This document shows positions 48,629 through 60,918 of a stretch of 64,000 nucleotides of DNA, one piece after another. Each line of letters opens with the position of its first letter. Position 1 is the stretch's first letter. Under the pieces are notes generated by a model. The model had not been told where the DNA came from, did not search any database, and worked only from the letters and a program-made list of their open reading frames with translations. The translations under genes and the position numbers were made by a program. Origin of the DNA: Desulfatiglandales bacterium (GTDB lineage: Bacteria; Desulfobacterota; DSM-4660; Desulfatiglandales; Desulfatiglandaceae); the NCBI GenBank assembly GCA_963666345.1, contig OY762721.1:1408001-1472000 (forward strand). The letters run 5' to 3'.

Positions 48629-50560
48629 TTGACAATGAAACAATTTTTCCGGGCAAGTCTCCGTCAAAAGCTATTGCTGCCCACAATCATCATCATGGCC
48701 GGCTGCATAGCGGGCCTCTCCCTGACAGTGATGTCGGTTCAAAAACATCAGTTGGACCAATTGGGTGAATCGGTGCTGGCCGATCTGGAAGACACCAACA
48801 GCACCGCCGATAAAAACTTTACCGAACTGGGAAAAGATGTATCAAATTATCTGCAGCAAATGAACGATACCCTGAGTGCTTCCATCGAAGAAACCACCCG
48901 CAAGTCGCTGGAACAAGAAAAATCCCGGTTGGAAAGAGAATTGAGCACGGTGCTGGAGCAGAATGCCGAATCCGTTGCCGACCTTCTGGGGAAGGTCGCT
49001 CCACCGGCAATTCTGGCGAACAATTTTCTGGATCTGATCGCCTATACCAGGTCGGCAACCAGCAATAAGGACATAGTTTATGCCGTTTACCTGCGGCCCA
49101 ACGGCGAACCTATGACGCGCTACCTGGACCGCAAGTCTCCCCTGATTCAGCAATACCTGAAAACAGGTAAAGAGAAAAACAAGGTCTTGAGGATTATCGC
49201 CGCCTCAAAATTGGATACAAATGTTTTTTTTGTGGAAAAGCCGGTGTCCCTTGAAGGCAAAGAACTGGGGAAAGTCCTTGTTTGCGTGGACAAGGCCTCT
49301 ATCAAAAAGAAAATTACGGATTTATCCGAGCGATTTAATTTGCTGATTGTCACCAACACCAACAAAGCAAAAGAGGTGCTCCGAGGCGAATCCGTCAGGC
49401 TCAGCAAAAGCATCAGCGATATGCTGCGCAACGTAAGCACGCAGAGCAGCGCAGGAGTCAACAAAATCGCCGAAACATTGGATACCGTCTTTACCGCCAT
49501 GCGCACCAAGATACGGTCGATCGTCATGATCGTGGGCGGCGCTTCAATCCTGATGGTATTTGTGATCCTTTATCTGTTTTTGACACGGATTACCAAATCC
49601 ATCGGAGGCATAACCGCAGACCTGGATCACGGTTCCGACAGTATTGCCTCTGCTTCCGGGCAGGTGGCTTCTGCAAGTCAACAACTTGCCGAAGGATCAT
49701 CCCGGCAGGCCTCCGCGATTGAAGAAACCTCGGCATCATTGGAAGAGATGGCTTCCATGACCAAGCAGAACGCCGACAATGCAGACCAGGCCGATCTTCT
49801 GATGAAAGAAACCAACCAGGTGGTGGCAAGAGCCAACAGTTCAATGGGTGAACTGACCGGTTCCATGGAGGAGATTTCCGTTGCCGGTGCCGAGACCTCC
49901 AAAATCATCAAGACCATCGACGAGATAGCGTTCCAGACGAATCTGCTGGCACTTAATGCGGCAGTTGAGGCTGCAAGGGCCGGTGAGGCGGGAGCCGGGT
50001 TTGCCGTTGTCGCGGACGAGGTGAGAAATCTTGCCATGCGTGCTGCGGATGCCGCCAAAAACACGGCCGATCTTATCGAAGGCACGGTTCAGAAGGTGGA
50101 CTCAGGCAAGATGCTTGTCACAAGGGCAAACGAGGCCTTCGGCCAGGTGGCCGAGAGTTCTTCCAAAGTAGGGGAACTTGTCGCGCAGATTGCGGCAGCC
50201 TCCAACGAGCAGGCCGAGGGAATCGGCCAGGTGAATAGGGCGGTTACCGAGATGGATAAAGTGGTCCAGCAGAATGCAGCCGGTGCTGAAGAGAGCGCCT
50301 CTGCCTCTGAGGAGATGAGTGCCCAGACCGAACAGATGAAAACCATGGTGGGTGAGTTGGTGCTAATGGTCAGAGGCAACAATAATGGCCGCTCCAATGT
50401 GACATCGATTCAAAAGAAAGGCATGAAAACAGGCAAATTAAAATTGGCAAGCCACACTTTACGAAAGGTTAGATCTAAAAACCGGCCTGATCCTGCTCAG
50501 CACGAATTCCATTCAAATCAAGCGATCTCTTTGGAAAAAAATGACTCCATGCAAGCATAA
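48629..50560 (+). CDS. methyl-accepting chemotaxis protein
   Basis: Two TM segments; [37 protein letters not shown]. Confidence 0.95.
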   Translation: MTMKQFFRASLRQKLLLPTIIIMAGCIAGLSLTVMSVQKHQLDQLGESVLADLEDTNSTADKNFTELGKDVSNYLQQMNDTLSASIEETTRKSLEQEKSRLERELSTVLEQNAESVADLLGKVAPPAILANNFLDLIAYTRSATSNKDIVYAVYLRPNGEPMTRYLDRKSPLIQQYLKTGKEKNKVLRIIAASKLDTNVFFVEKPVSLEGKELGKVLVCVDKASIKKKITDLSERFNLLIVTNTNKAKEVLRGESVRLSKSISDMLRNVSTQSSAGVNKIAETLDTVFTAMRTKIRSIVMIVGGASILMVFVILYLFLTRITKSIGGITADLDHGSDSIASASGQVASASQQLAEGSSRQASAIEETSASLEEMASMTKQNADNADQADLLMKETNQVVARANSSMGELTGSMEEISVAGAETSKIIKTIDEIAFQTNLLALNAAVEAARAGEAGAGFAVVADEVRNLAMRAADAAKNTADLIEGTVQKVDSGKMLVTRANEAFGQVAESSSKVGELVAQIAAASNEQAEGIGQVNRAVTEMDKVVQQNAAGAEESASASEEMSAQTEQMKTMVGELVLMVRGNNNGRSNVTSIQKKGMKTGKLKLASHTLRKVRSKNRPDPAQHEFHSNQAISLEKNDSMQA

Positions 50561-50697
50561 GGATTTGCTCCTTGAGGGTGCCTTTTTATTATCCAGCCAG
50601 TATTGTAAATTTTGCTCCATTACTTTATAAAGGTGACATAGATGATGGAAAAAGGCTTCTTATACATACACAAAAAAAGCACCAAGGAGTATTTGAG

Positions 50698-51180
50698 ATG
50701 CAGATTTTGATCCTTTATCACTCAAAGGGCGGCAATACGCGAAAGCTGGCTGAGGCCGTTGCAAAGGGAGTGGAAGAAACGGAGGGTGCAACCGCCCTCA
50801 TGCGTAAGACATCGGAGGTGAGCAAGGAGGACTTCTTGAATTCAGCAGGAATCATTGCGGGCTCCCCGGTCTATTTCGGGGGGATGGCGGCGGAACTGAA
50901 AAAGGTCTTCGATGATTTCGTGGGAACGAGAAAACGGATGGAAGACAAGGTGGGTGCGGCCTTTACCACATCGGGAAATGCGACCGGTGGAAAGGAAACC
51001 ACCATGATGTCCATCATACAGGCGCTCTTGATCTACGGAATGATCATAGTGGGTGATCCCATGAGCGCGACCGGTCACTACGGGGTGGCATGTGCCGGCA
51101 CTCCGGACGACGAAACGCTTAAAAACGGTATGGAGATGGGCAGGCGGGTGGCTCAACTGGCTCTGAAACTGGAGGGCTGA
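50698..51180 (+). CDS. WrbA-like flavodoxin / NAD(P)H-dependent oxidoreductase
   Basis: YHSKGGNT, GSPVYFG, GAAFTT; ATG 50698 after AAGGAG is preferred over 50572. Confidence 0.88.
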   Translation: MQILILYHSKGGNTRKLAEAVAKGVEETEGATALMRKTSEVSKEDFLNSAGIIAGSPVYFGGMAAELKKVFDDFVGTRKRMEDKVGAAFTTSGNATGGKETTMMSIIQALLIYGMIIVGDPMSATGHYGVACAGTPDDETLKNGMEMGRRVAQLALKLEG

Positions 51181-51235
51181 AGGAGGATCAGCCTTGTATT
51201 CCAAGACCCGAATTACAATTTAATTGGACAGGTTC

Positions 51236-52870
51236 CTATTTTGTTGAAAATTCGACCGGTTCACGTCCGGGTGCGGAAATTCCACGTCGCTCAAGCAGCG
51301 ATCCATCCTGCAGATAAAGATCGATCAACGCATTGAGGTAGTTGGAAAGGGCCTCCACCTCAGCGATACGGCTGACCAACAGATCACGATGAGATTGAGC
51401 TACCAGGAAACTGGTTGATTTTCCCACTCGAAATTTTTCGGTTTCGATCCGCAGTTTTTCCTCATCAAACATCCGGGTGACCGATGAGGCTTCAATCTGC
51501 TGCCGGGAACGGTTTACCTCAATATAGGCGATGCGGACGTCGATTTCTACAAGCTGTGAAAGGTTATCCAGGGCATTTTGCGCCCGTTCCCGCGTCAGGA
51601 TTGCCCTGCGGTGAAGGGCTTTTGCTTCCCGATTAAAAAGGGGGTAATTAAATTTCATACCGGCCAGAGCGTCATAGCTGTCTTCATCGATATTATCAAC
51701 GGATTGACCAAAGGAATTTGCATACCCGCTTTTGCCAAGCGTGATGAAAAGATCCATTAAGGGCAGCAATCCATTCCTGGTTTTGATAAGCTCCAGATCG
51801 CCTCGCAATATCTCCAGCCGGGCCTCATTTAAAATCGGTCGCATGCGCTTCGATACCGCCACATGAGCCGTAACGTCTTCCAGTTTGATTTTCGGCAGGC
51901 TCGGTTGAAGGATTAAATCGACCTTCCGTTGCCAGATATCCGGCCCGGCTGGATTAATCAACCGCAACAGTTGAAGGCGAATAGATTCCTCGTTTGAACG
52001 TGCTTCTATGAGGGCCTGCTCCTGCGCCGCGACTTCAGCCTGGACAGCCGCCAGTTCAACCCTGGCCAATCGACCGACCGCTATCAGCTCTTTGGTTTCA
52101 TCAAGTTGCTGGCGGGCCACTTTCAGTGCCGCTTCCACAATTTCGATCTGACGCCGGGCAAGCGCATAGTTCCAGTAAGTTCGTTCCACCTCCGCCACCA
52201 GAGACTCGGTAAAACCGCGCAACTCATATTCCGACATGCGTGTATCCAGGCGTGCCTGCTGAAGCCGGGCCAGATTCACGTCTGCCCCATATCCTCTCAT
52301 AATCGCCTGAGAAACCGTCATTCCCAAGCGGGTCGAATAGAATCTGTTATCGTATAGAGAGGAATCGCTCATTTCGGTTCCGGCTTCCAGGGCAACCGTA
52401 GTGCCGGTCGGGAAGTATTGCTCCAACGATATGATGCCTTCAGCGGAATCAGTGGTAAAATCCTCAGTATCGGACCCCGATCTTGCGAGACGTTCCCCTT
52501 TCACCCTGCCGGCGGAGATATCCGTGTCCGTTACCGGATCAAAAAGAGCCCTTTCCTGGTCCTCAAAGGTTTGCCGGATCGAGGGATTCAATCTTTGAAC
52601 CACGAGAGCCCGGTTGTTTTCAAGGCAAAGCAAAACGGCCTCGGTGACGGTGAGCTTCAAAGGTCCAGGCGGCATCCTTAGCCCTGCAATTTCCTCTGGT
52701 TGAACTCTGGACTCAGAGGGCATGTGCACCGCCGTATCGGCACGCACACTCGGACCTCCTGTCGTCAGATCAATCCGTTCCCCGACCAGGTTGCAGGACC
52801 CCGACACCAGTAATAACCCCCACATGGCAAGGCATCCCGCCAGACGACCATAACATTTCGCTAAAGTCAT
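51236..52870 (-). CDS. TolC family outer-membrane efflux protein
   Basis: Lipoprotein-like signal, two OEP repeats (VERTYWNY; VRIAYIEV...KFRVGKST). Confidence 0.9.
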   Translation of the reverse strand: MTLAKCYGRLAGCLAMWGLLLVSGSCNLVGERIDLTTGGPSVRADTAVHMPSESRVQPEEIAGLRMPPGPLKLTVTEAVLLCLENNRALVVQRLNPSIRQTFEDQERALFDPVTDTDISAGRVKGERLARSGSDTEDFTTDSAEGIISLEQYFPTGTTVALEAGTEMSDSSLYDNRFYSTRLGMTVSQAIMRGYGADVNLARLQQARLDTRMSEYELRGFTESLVAEVERTYWNYALARRQIEIVEAALKVARQQLDETKELIAVGRLARVELAAVQAEVAAQEQALIEARSNEESIRLQLLRLINPAGPDIWQRKVDLILQPSLPKIKLEDVTAHVAVSKRMRPILNEARLEILRGDLELIKTRNGLLPLMDLFITLGKSGYANSFGQSVDNIDEDSYDALAGMKFNYPLFNREAKALHRRAILTRERAQNALDNLSQLVEIDVRIAYIEVNRSRQQIEASSVTRMFDEEKLRIETEKFRVGKSTSFLVAQSHRDLLVSRIAEVEALSNYLNALIDLYLQDGSLLERRGISAPGREPVEFSTK

Positions 52871-53181
52871 ATCAGATCCTTACAGGTACCGCCACCCGAT
52901 GACGGCGGCTTTGGTCAAATTCACAGGTTTTCAAAAGCGTCTGTTGAACTATATAGGTTTTCGCTTCTTTATGACAACCTAAAATCTCTTAGGATATTCC
53001 AAACGGCTTTCTGCGTTCCATACATTGAAAACCCTAGCCGGCACGCCGTACCGATCCTTTCAGCAGCCATTTTTTCGTTGAAATATCAGCAATAAGAGTG
53101 CAATCTTCATTATGTCAGCTTAACCAGACACATCTTTTTGGGAAATGCCCGTTAATATAGCAATGGAAAAGGTACGTTATC

Positions 53182-54393
53182 ATGAAATCAGGCGGTCCTA
53201 AACTTTTTATTTTGACGGTTCTTCTGATTGGTTCTGCAGCATTAGGCTGGGCGATTTTTGATCAAATTAAGGAAAAGGCCGGTTTGAGCAAAAGTACTAA
53301 GGCTTCCCGCCCGGTGCCGGTAGAAGTGGCTCGGATTCAGCGCGGGCCGATCGAATTACGGCGGACATTCAGCGGGGAGATCGAGGCCCTTGCCAAGTTT
53401 GTTGTTGCACCTAAAGTGAGCGGCCGCGTGGAACGAGTGCTCGTAACTCTTGCTGATACGGTTAAGCGGGGCCAGGTTGTTGCCGAGTTGGACAATGATG
53501 AATATGTTCAGGCCGTAGCCCAAGCCCAAGCCGATCTGGTAGTTGCCAGAGCCAACCTGTCCCAGGCCAAGAGCGCCCTGGAAATTGCCGGCCGCGAGTT
53601 TAAACGCACCGAGTCACTTTTAAAGCGCGGGATTGCATCAGATTCCGAATTCGACGCCGCCAGCCAGGATCAACTGGCAAAGCTGGCTCAACTTAAAGTA
53701 ACTGCAGCCCATGTAACAAAGGCGGAATCATCGCTCGAAACCGCTAACATCCGGCTAGGCTATACAAAGGTAACAGCGGGCTGGACCGGTGGCGGCGATC
53801 ATCGCATCGTGGCTGAACGATATGTTGATGAAGGCCAGACTGTAGCAGCCAACGCGCCGCTGCTCTTAATCGTTGAACTGAATCCCATAGTAGGGGTGGT
53901 TTTCGTCACTGAGAGAGACTATGCTTACCTGAAACCTGGACAGATCGTTTTCTTAACCACGGACGCCTATCAGGGCAAACAGTATAGGGGCCGCATCGAT
54001 CGCATTGCCCCAGTCTTCCAAAAGTCCACCCGGCAGGCACGGATCGAAATGACTATTGACAATCCACTGCACGAACTTAAACCAGGCATGTTCATAAGAG
54101 TCACAGTGGTGCTAGCACAGGTGCCCGGGGCCGACATCGTCCCGGAACAGGCATTAACTATACGAGATGACAAAACTGGTGTTTTCATAGTCAGTGAGAA
54201 CGGACGATCCGTAGTCTGGCGTGAAGTAAAGGTAGGTATCCGCGAAGGTAACAAGATTCAGGTGGAAGGCGCGGGACAGTCCGGCCGGGTGGTAACCCTT
54301 GGGCAGCAACTGGTAAAAGACGGCTCCCCGATCACGATTTCTGCCGAGAAAAACAAGGCCCCTACAGCTAATGAAAAGGCTGATCAAAAATGA
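53182..54393 (+). CDS. RND efflux periplasmic adaptor (MFP)
   Basis: PVPVEV, PKVSGRV...[17 protein letters not shown]. Confidence 0.93.
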   Translation: MKSGGPKLFILTVLLIGSAALGWAIFDQIKEKAGLSKSTKASRPVPVEVARIQRGPIELRRTFSGEIEALAKFVVAPKVSGRVERVLVTLADTVKRGQVVAELDNDEYVQAVAQAQADLVVARANLSQAKSALEIAGREFKRTESLLKRGIASDSEFDAASQDQLAKLAQLKVTAAHVTKAESSLETANIRLGYTKVTAGWTGGGDHRIVAERYVDEGQTVAANAPLLLIVELNPIVGVVFVTERDYAYLKPGQIVFLTTDAYQGKQYRGRIDRIAPVFQKSTRQARIEMTIDNPLHELKPGMFIRVTVVLAQVPGADIVPEQALTIRDDKTGVFIVSENGRSVVWREVKVGIREGNKIQVEGAGQSGRVVTLGQQLVKDGSPITISAEKNKAPTANEKADQK

Positions 54394-57300
54394 ATCTACC
54401 TAGTTTCAGCGTCAGGCGCCCCATTTTCACGACCATGGTGACACTGATTCTGGTCCTGCTCGGGGCCGTTTCGCTGAGCAAGCTGCAGATCGACATGCTT
54501 CCCAACATCGAATTGCCCACGTTGACTATTCGAACGGATTACGAGGGAGCCAGCCCCGAGGTCATGGAACGGCTGGTGACTCAGATTATTGAAGAGATCG
54601 TTGCTACGGTTCCCGGGGTGGAGGAAATCACATCGACATCTTCAGAAGGACGCAGCACGGTTCGAGTCAGTTTCGTATGGGGCACGGAAATCGACACCGC
54701 AGCCATTGATGTTCAGAGCAAACTCGAAGATGAGATCAATGAGTTGCCGGATGACATTGTCAGACCTCGCATCCGAAAATTCGACATCGCCAGCTTTCCG
54801 ATAGTTTTGCTGGGAATTTCAAGCAACCTGGACCCAGTGGAACTCACGGAACTAATTGAAGTCCAGATCCGCTACCGATTTGCCCGCATACCGGGTGTCG
54901 CGCAGGTTGACGTTTTTGGGGGCTTCAACCGCGAGGTTCGGATCGAACTGGACCCCGACCGGATCAGGGCCGTGGGTCTGCCTCTTGACCGTGTGATTGA
55001 GGCTATTTGCGATGCCAACCTCGATCTCCCGGCAGGCAAGATCGAACAGGGAAGTTATGAGGTAACGCTGAGAGCGCCGGCCGAGTTTGTCAATCTGGAT
55101 CAGATTCGAGACACTGTTATCGTCCAGCGCGAAGGTGCCGCCATAACCCTTGGGCAAATCGCCGAGGTCAAGGACACTTATGAAAAGTTGACCCGTATCA
55201 TAAGGGTTAACGGCGGGCGAGGGCTGCGCATAGGTATCCGCAAACAGGCCAATGCCAATACTGTAGAAGTTTCCAGACGCATCCTGGCTGAAATTAAAGA
55301 GGCCAACAAAGACTTCCCTCAGATCAATATTATCCCGGTCATCAACCAGGGCAATTTCATCCAGCGCTCAATCACCAACGTTGCCCGCTCAGTGCTATAC
55401 GGGGGCGGGCTGGCGATTCTGGTTCTGCTGTTTTTCCTGCGCAACATCCAAAGCACAGTGGTGATTTCCCTTTCGATTCCGATTTCAATCGTGACCACTT
55501 TCGCGTTAATATACTTCGGGGGTTTCACGCTCAATCTGATGACCCTGGGAGGATTGGCCCTGGGGGTGGGCATGATGGTGGACAGCTCCATAGTCGTACT
55601 GGAAAATATCTTCCGCCGCCGCACTGAGAAAGGCGAAAGGCCGAAGGAGGCATCTGTGAAAGGTGCCAGGGAGGTCGGAACGGCTATAACCGCCAGCACG
55701 ATAACCACTTTGGTAATTTTTCTGCCGTTGATTTTCGTCCGCGGGGTCTCCGGCATCCTCTTTAAGGAGCTGGCGTACGTAATCATCTTTGCGCTGATCT
55801 GTTCGCTGACAGTGGCGCTCAGCCTGGTGCCCATGCTGACGTCCAGGCTCCTTAGGTCAAACAGACAGACGCTCAAGGGGTCTGTCTCTAAAACAAACCG
55901 CTTGTACGCTGCCGCCGGTTCCCTCTTTTCTGGTCTTGAAAAGGCTTATCTGGATTTGTTGCGCCGGGTCTTGGACCATCGCCTTATCACCGCTCTTGCG
56001 GCGGCTGTCGTGCTCGGCACGAGTCTGCTGCTTTTGCCCCTTATCGGCAGCGAATTTCTGCCTCCCAGTGATGAAGGTGAGGTTAGGGTAACGGGAAAGA
56101 TGGAAATCGGCACCCGGCTCGATCTGGTCGATCAGCAGACGCGTATAATGGAGCGAATCATTAAACCGGCAGTTCCAGAGATGGTTGCCGAGGTGGTCAG
56201 TGTTGGTGCCTACGGCTGGCGGGTCGAAGCGGGCTCAGAGGGTGAAATACGCATGTCCCTGCTGCCGGCTGCCCAACGCGAACGCTCCAATGTTGAAATC
56301 GCCCGGGATCTGCGGCGCCTTTTAGAGGGAGCTGTTCCCGGCATGGAGATCCGTGTGCGTGCGCCTCAGGGTCAGTTTTTACTGGAACGACTCCTTGGCG
56401 GTGACGAGGGGCTCACCATCGAAATTCGCGGCCACGATCTTGAAACACTCGACGCTCTGGCCGCACGCGTTTTCAAGTTGATTGCCAATGTACCGGGCAT
56501 CACTGACGTCGACACCAGTCTCGAGGCCGGCATACCCCAGCAGGAAATCCGCGTGAACCGTGAAAAAGTGGCTGATCTGGGTCTGAGCATTCGCAACGTT
56601 ACTGAACTTCTGCAGACTGCGATGGCCGGTTCCAAAGCCGGTGAATACCGAAAGGAAGGCAATTCCTATCGCATTCTGGTGCAGCTCAAAGATGCCGAGA
56701 AACGCTCCCTTGACGAGATTCTCGACCTTACACTGACAACGGAATCCGGGGAAAAGGTAGCATTGCGCAATGTTGTCACATCCGAATCGAGCAGGGGTCC
56801 TATTGTGATAGACCGCAAGGACCAGCAGCGAAGGACGACGGTTAGCGCAAATGTCGCCGGCCGCGATCTGGGTTCCGTGGCCCTTGATGTGCAAGCCCTG
56901 CTGGATCAAATTCCACGACCGGTCGGCTATGACCTGACGGTCGCAGGCAATTTCGAAGAACAGCAAAAGGCCTTCAGGGAACTTATCATCTCTCTTGTAC
57001 TGGCCTTGGTCCTCGTATATATGGTCCTGGCATGTCAATATGAATCCCTACGGGATCCTCTGGTCGTCATGTTTTCGGTTCCCTTGGCGGCGGTAGGCGT
57101 GCTGGTTACCTTGTTTATTACAAAGACAACGCTTAACGTGCAGTCCTACATCGGCTGCATTATGCTTGGGGGAATCGTGGTAAACAATGCAATTCTCCTG
57201 GTGGATCAGGCCGGTCGATTGGTTCAAGATGGGATGCGGACTCGCGATGCACTGATCGAGGCCGGTCGTCGCAGATTGCGGCCGATCCTTATGACAACCC

Positions 57301-57479
57301 TGACCACCATTCTTGGCCTGCTGCCGCTCGCACTCGGTATCGGCGAAGGATCCGACGCCCAGGCCCCGCTGGCGAGGGCGGTCGTAGGTGGCCTAACCGG
57401 ATCAACACTGATCACGCTGGTACTTATCCCGGCGGTCTATTCATTGTTTCATCCCGAGCCGAAGGGTAACCGCAAGTGA
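54390..57479 (+). CDS. RND efflux permease (AcrB/AcrD/AcrF family)
   Basis: 1029 aa; [41 protein letters not shown]. Confidence 0.95.
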   Translation: MNLPSFSVRRPIFTTMVTLILVLLGAVSLSKLQIDMLPNIELPTLTIRTDYEGASPEVMERLVTQIIEEIVATVPGVEEITSTSSEGRSTVRVSFVWGTEIDTAAIDVQSKLEDEINELPDDIVRPRIRKFDIASFPIVLLGISSNLDPVELTELIEVQIRYRFARIPGVAQVDVFGGFNREVRIELDPDRIRAVGLPLDRVIEAICDANLDLPAGKIEQGSYEVTLRAPAEFVNLDQIRDTVIVQREGAAITLGQIAEVKDTYEKLTRIIRVNGGRGLRIGIRKQANANTVEVSRRILAEIKEANKDFPQINIIPVINQGNFIQRSITNVARSVLYGGGLAILVLLFFLRNIQSTVVISLSIPISIVTTFALIYFGGFTLNLMTLGGLALGVGMMVDSSIVVLENIFRRRTEKGERPKEASVKGAREVGTAITASTITTLVIFLPLIFVRGVSGILFKELAYVIIFALICSLTVALSLVPMLTSRLLRSNRQTLKGSVSKTNRLYAAAGSLFSGLEKAYLDLLRRVLDHRLITALAAAVVLGTSLLLLPLIGSEFLPPSDEGEVRVTGKMEIGTRLDLVDQQTRIMERIIKPAVPEMVAEVVSVGAYGWRVEAGSEGEIRMSLLPAAQRERSNVEIARDLRRLLEGAVPGMEIRVRAPQGQFLLERLLGGDEGLTIEIRGHDLETLDALAARVFKLIANVPGITDVDTSLEAGIPQQEIRVNREKVADLGLSIRNVTELLQTAMAGSKAGEYRKEGNSYRILVQLKDAEKRSLDEILDLTLTTESGEKVALRNVVTSESSRGPIVIDRKDQQRRTTVSANVAGRDLGSVALDVQALLDQIPRPVGYDLTVAGNFEEQQKAFRELIISLVLALVLVYMVLACQYESLRDPLVVMFSVPLAAVGVLVTLFITKTTLNVQSYIGCIMLGGIVVNNAILLVDQAGRLVQDGMRTRDALIEAGRRRLRPILMTTLTTILGLLPLALGIGEGSDAQAPLARAVVGGLTGSTLITLVLIPAVYSLFHPEPKGNRK

Positions 57480-57502
57480 CCCGCGCCCCTGTTAATCAGC
57501 TT

Positions 57503-57848
57503 GGTTCTTCTCCCAATTAATTGGGAGAAAGTGGCCAAGGATTCTAGGGTTCTAGGATTCAAGTGTTTGTTTTTTTTAATCGTTTTATCTGTAAGTAAAA
57601 GATATTTAAGTACAAGAACTAATTATCTTTTTTACCTCAAGCACACGACTCTTAGATAAAAAAAGCTCAAAAGATGGCATTATTTACTTTAACGGCCTTA
57701 TATTCCATCTATGGGCGATATAGAGTCTTGACATAATATAATATTGGGCTACGTTCATATTATCGTAATTATTAAGTCTTTCACTCGATCCCTTGACCCT
57801 TGGAATCCTTGAATCCTGATCATCGACCAACTAATTTGGAGATGATCC
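57503..57848. mobile_element. MITE-like element copy 2 with 8-bp target-site duplication
   Basis: Ends GGTTCTTCTCCCAATTAATTGG / CCAACTAATTTGGAGATGATCC; ATCAGCTT at both 57495-57502 and 57849-57856. Confidence 0.75.
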
Positions 57849-58072
57849 ATCAGCTTCAATATAACTCCAAATCAATTGACGGTCTCGTAAAAGGTTCTCT
57901 TGCCAAGGCGGGACAGATGGACTTTTAACAAAGCCTCCAAAATTACAGGATGAATAACTCCCATTTTGCTTGCCATACGGATGACTTCATCATAGGCTTC
58001 ATTATTTTATCATACCCTGTGCGGCCCGGCATATCGTGTGGGCGTAAAGATTGAAAACAGGGCAGGTCGGGA

Positions 58073-59239
58073 ATGAACCAGGTAAAATCAAATCCGATGT
58101 ACCGCTTTCTGGCGGTCTTCACCATAAGCTCCACAATAGGGCTCCAGGCGTGGCTGATCCTCTTCAATAACTTCGCGGTTGAGGTCGCCGGAATGGACGG
58201 CGACCAGGTGGGCATAATTCAGTCGGTAAGAGAAATCCCGGGATTTCTGACCCTCCTTGCCATATTCGTTATGCTCTATCTGAAAGAGCACAGGCTCTCG
58301 GCCATATCAATAATCTTTCTTGGAGCGGGGCTGGGCATCACCGGTTTCTTTCCCACCTACCCGGGTCTGCTTGTGACAACGGTCATAATGAGTTTCGGGT
58401 TCCACTATTTTGAGACCACGAATCAGTCGCTTACACTTCAGTACTTTCCTGAAAAGATATCGCCATGGGTATTCGGGAAGCTGAGGGCACTGGCAGCCGC
58501 TTCAAGCATAGGGATCGGGATCGCAGTCTATTTTCTCACCTCACTTTTCGATTACACCGGCATCTATCTTGTAATCGGGGCGGCTATTGCCGCCGCCGGT
58601 ATATGGGGGCTGTTTCAGGACCCGAGCGACCGCAATCTCATCCCCCAGCACAGGAAGATGATCTTCAAAAGAAAATACTGGCTTTTCTATTTTCTTACCT
58701 TTATGGCAGGCGCGCGCCGGCAGATATTCATGGCCTTCGCGGTATTTCTACTTGTAAAGAAATTCGATTTCACCATACAGGAGGTGACCCTGCTTTTTGT
58801 TATAAACAACCTGATAAATTTTTTCCTCAGCCCTTTACTTGGAAAGGCCATAATTAGATTCGGAGAAAGGAAGGTGCTGTCACTCGAATACCTGAGTCTC
58901 ATATTCATATTCGTCGCCTATGCCACGGTGCATTCAAGGATCATCCTTGCGATACTGTATGTGCTGGACCATATCTTCTTCAATTTTGCGATCGCCATAA
59001 GAACCTATTTTCAAAAGGTGGGCGATCCCAGGGACATCGCACCGAGCATGGCGGTCGGCTTTACCATCAATCATATAGCGGCCGTTATTCTACCTGCCAT
59101 AGGCGGTCTCCTGTGGCTGATAGACTACAGGATACCCTTTTTTGCAGGCGCGGTTTTGAGCGTGATCTCTCTGCTGGCGGTTCAGAGGATCAATACCTCG
59201 AAAAACGGCAGACCGATGGAGACCCCCTCTGAATCTTGA
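58073..59239 (+). CDS. MFS transporter
   Basis: About 12 hydrophobic segments; REIPGFL, GFTINHIAAV. Confidence 0.88.
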   Translation: MNQVKSNPMYRFLAVFTISSTIGLQAWLILFNNFAVEVAGMDGDQVGIIQSVREIPGFLTLLAIFVMLYLKEHRLSAISIIFLGAGLGITGFFPTYPGLLVTTVIMSFGFHYFETTNQSLTLQYFPEKISPWVFGKLRALAAASSIGIGIAVYFLTSLFDYTGIYLVIGAAIAAAGIWGLFQDPSDRNLIPQHRKMIFKRKYWLFYFLTFMAGARRQIFMAFAVFLLVKKFDFTIQEVTLLFVINNLINFFLSPLLGKAIIRFGERKVLSLEYLSLIFIFVAYATVHSRIILAILYVLDHIFFNFAIAIRTYFQKVGDPRDIAPSMAVGFTINHIAAVILPAIGGLLWLIDYRIPFFAGAVLSVISLLAVQRINTSKNGRPMETPSES

Positions 59240-59337
59240 TAAACATGCATCCTTATATCGATTTACAGGTTTCGCAACCACAACTACCCGCTTTCTTATA
59301 TTAAAGGCACAGACAAATAAAGGAGAACCATTTATTC

Positions 59338-60192
59338 ATGAAGACGTATCTGGACTGTATCCCATGCTTTTTGAGACAGGCCCTGTTTGCTTCGAGGGTT
59401 GCCACGAATGATGAACTCAAGATAAAAGAGGTGTTGGACAGGGTGGGCATGCTCATAAAGGGCATACCCATGACAAGCACTCCCCCGGAAACGGGAAGGC
59501 ATGTATATGCCGCTGTAAGGGAGATCACGGGCGTTGAAGATCCCTTCCATGATTTAAAGCAGAAAAGCACTAAAAAGGCGCTTGAGCTCTATCCCGCTTT
59601 AAAAGAAATCACGGCCCGCGCGCAGGATACCCTGGACACCGCGGTAAGGCTCGCCATTGCGGGCAATATCATCGATTTCGGCGCAAATCCCGATTTTGAT
59701 ATTGAAAAGACAATCCGACAGGTCCTTCAACAGAAACCTGGCGTCTATCACATAAAAGAGCTCAAGGAAAGGATGGCCGAGGCGGATGAAATAGTCTTTC
59801 TGGGAGACAATGCCGGGGAGACGGTATTTGACAGGGTGCTCATAGAAACCATGCATAAGAGGGTAACCTACGCGGTAAGGGCCAGGCCGATAATCAACGA
59901 CGCCACCATGGCTGATGCCGAACAAAGCGGTATCAAAGAAACGGCCAAAGTGGTATCATCCGGATGTGACGCCCCGGGCACGATCCTTGGACGCTGTTCA
60001 GAGGAATTCAAGGCCCTTTTCAGGAAGGCTGATCTGATAATCAGCAAGGGACAGGGTAATTTCGAGACCCTGTCTCAGGAAAAAGGCCCTATATTTTATC
60101 TTTTGAAGGTCAAATGCCCGGTGATTGCAAGGCATCTGGAAGTATCGGAAGGCGATATCATCGTCAAGGGTCCCTCGAATCAAAAATCATGA
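59338..60192 (+). CDS. ARMT1-like/DUF89 damage-control phosphatase
   Basis: DCIPCF, AGNIIDFG, DNAGE, PIINDAT, ISKGQGNFETL. Confidence 0.9.
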   Translation: MKTYLDCIPCFLRQALFASRVATNDELKIKEVLDRVGMLIKGIPMTSTPPETGRHVYAAVREITGVEDPFHDLKQKSTKKALELYPALKEITARAQDTLDTAVRLAIAGNIIDFGANPDFDIEKTIRQVLQQKPGVYHIKELKERMAEADEIVFLGDNAGETVFDRVLIETMHKRVTYAVRARPIINDATMADAEQSGIKETAKVVSSGCDAPGTILGRCSEEFKALFRKADLIISKGQGNFETLSQEKGPIFYLLKVKCPVIARHLEVSEGDIIVKGPSNQKS

Positions 60193-60312
60193 GTCAAAGG
60201 CCTGAACTACGCACCTGCTTATGCTCCGAAGCGGGACCTTCACCGCAAAAAACGGTGCGGCCTGGCTGAAGAGGCTGCAGGGCACAGGATAAAAGAAAGG
60301 AGCGCTCAAAAA

Positions 60313-60669
60313 ATGAAATTTTTTTCGAAAACAGCCTTAACGCTTTTGATATCTTCTTTTCTTGTCACCCTGTCCGCCGATAAATCGGCTGCTCAACCGC
60401 TCGGGCTCATGTCACAGAAACCTCAACCGGAACCTGAGATCTGCGTGCTGTCGACTTCCGGCGGCAGATACGTCTTCGGTCAGGTCTCTGATTCAGGCAA
60501 TGACAAGTTCATGCTGGACACCCGCACCGGCAGGCTCTGGAAAATATCGGAAAAGGGAACCGTGGGCCAATACCTGAAAGAGATACCGTATCTTATTAAA
60601 AAGGGGAAATATTCTCCCCTGCCGGATAAAATCCCTGATACCGGATCTGACAAGAGGAAAGACCAGTAG
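60313..60669 (+). CDS. secreted hypothetical protein
   Basis: AAGGAG RBS, signal peptide, GRYVFGQ...MLDTRTGRLW. Confidence 0.75.
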   Translation: MKFFSKTALTLLISSFLVTLSADKSAAQPLGLMSQKPQPEPEICVLSTSGGRYVFGQVSDSGNDKFMLDTRTGRLWKISEKGTVGQYLKEIPYLIKKGKYSPLPDKIPDTGSDKRKDQ

Positions 60670-60918
60670 GCATCAGGCGCTCCGTTTTAAAGGGGTAAAT
60701 TATATGTCTGGATGTCCGAAAAGGTCTTTAATACCTTTTTGATCCCTATTTCGGCCTAATTCCATTTCAAATGTGCCTAAGGACTTGAAGTTTTTTCATC
60801 CAGGTGCGATAAGGAAAAAATTGTTTTGCCTCATACTGAATGGTATTCAACCGAAAGGGAATGATTTTTTCTGATTTATTTTGACCCGGTAAATCGTTTA
60901 TCCGAAAGGGAATGGAAA

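Noticed and set aside
57874..57945. Short imperfect inverted repeat (TTGACGGTCTCGTAAAAGG...CTTTTAACAAAGCCTCCAA), and a similar one at 46783-46863
   Set aside because: Too degenerate to call; probably common REP/IS-end scars
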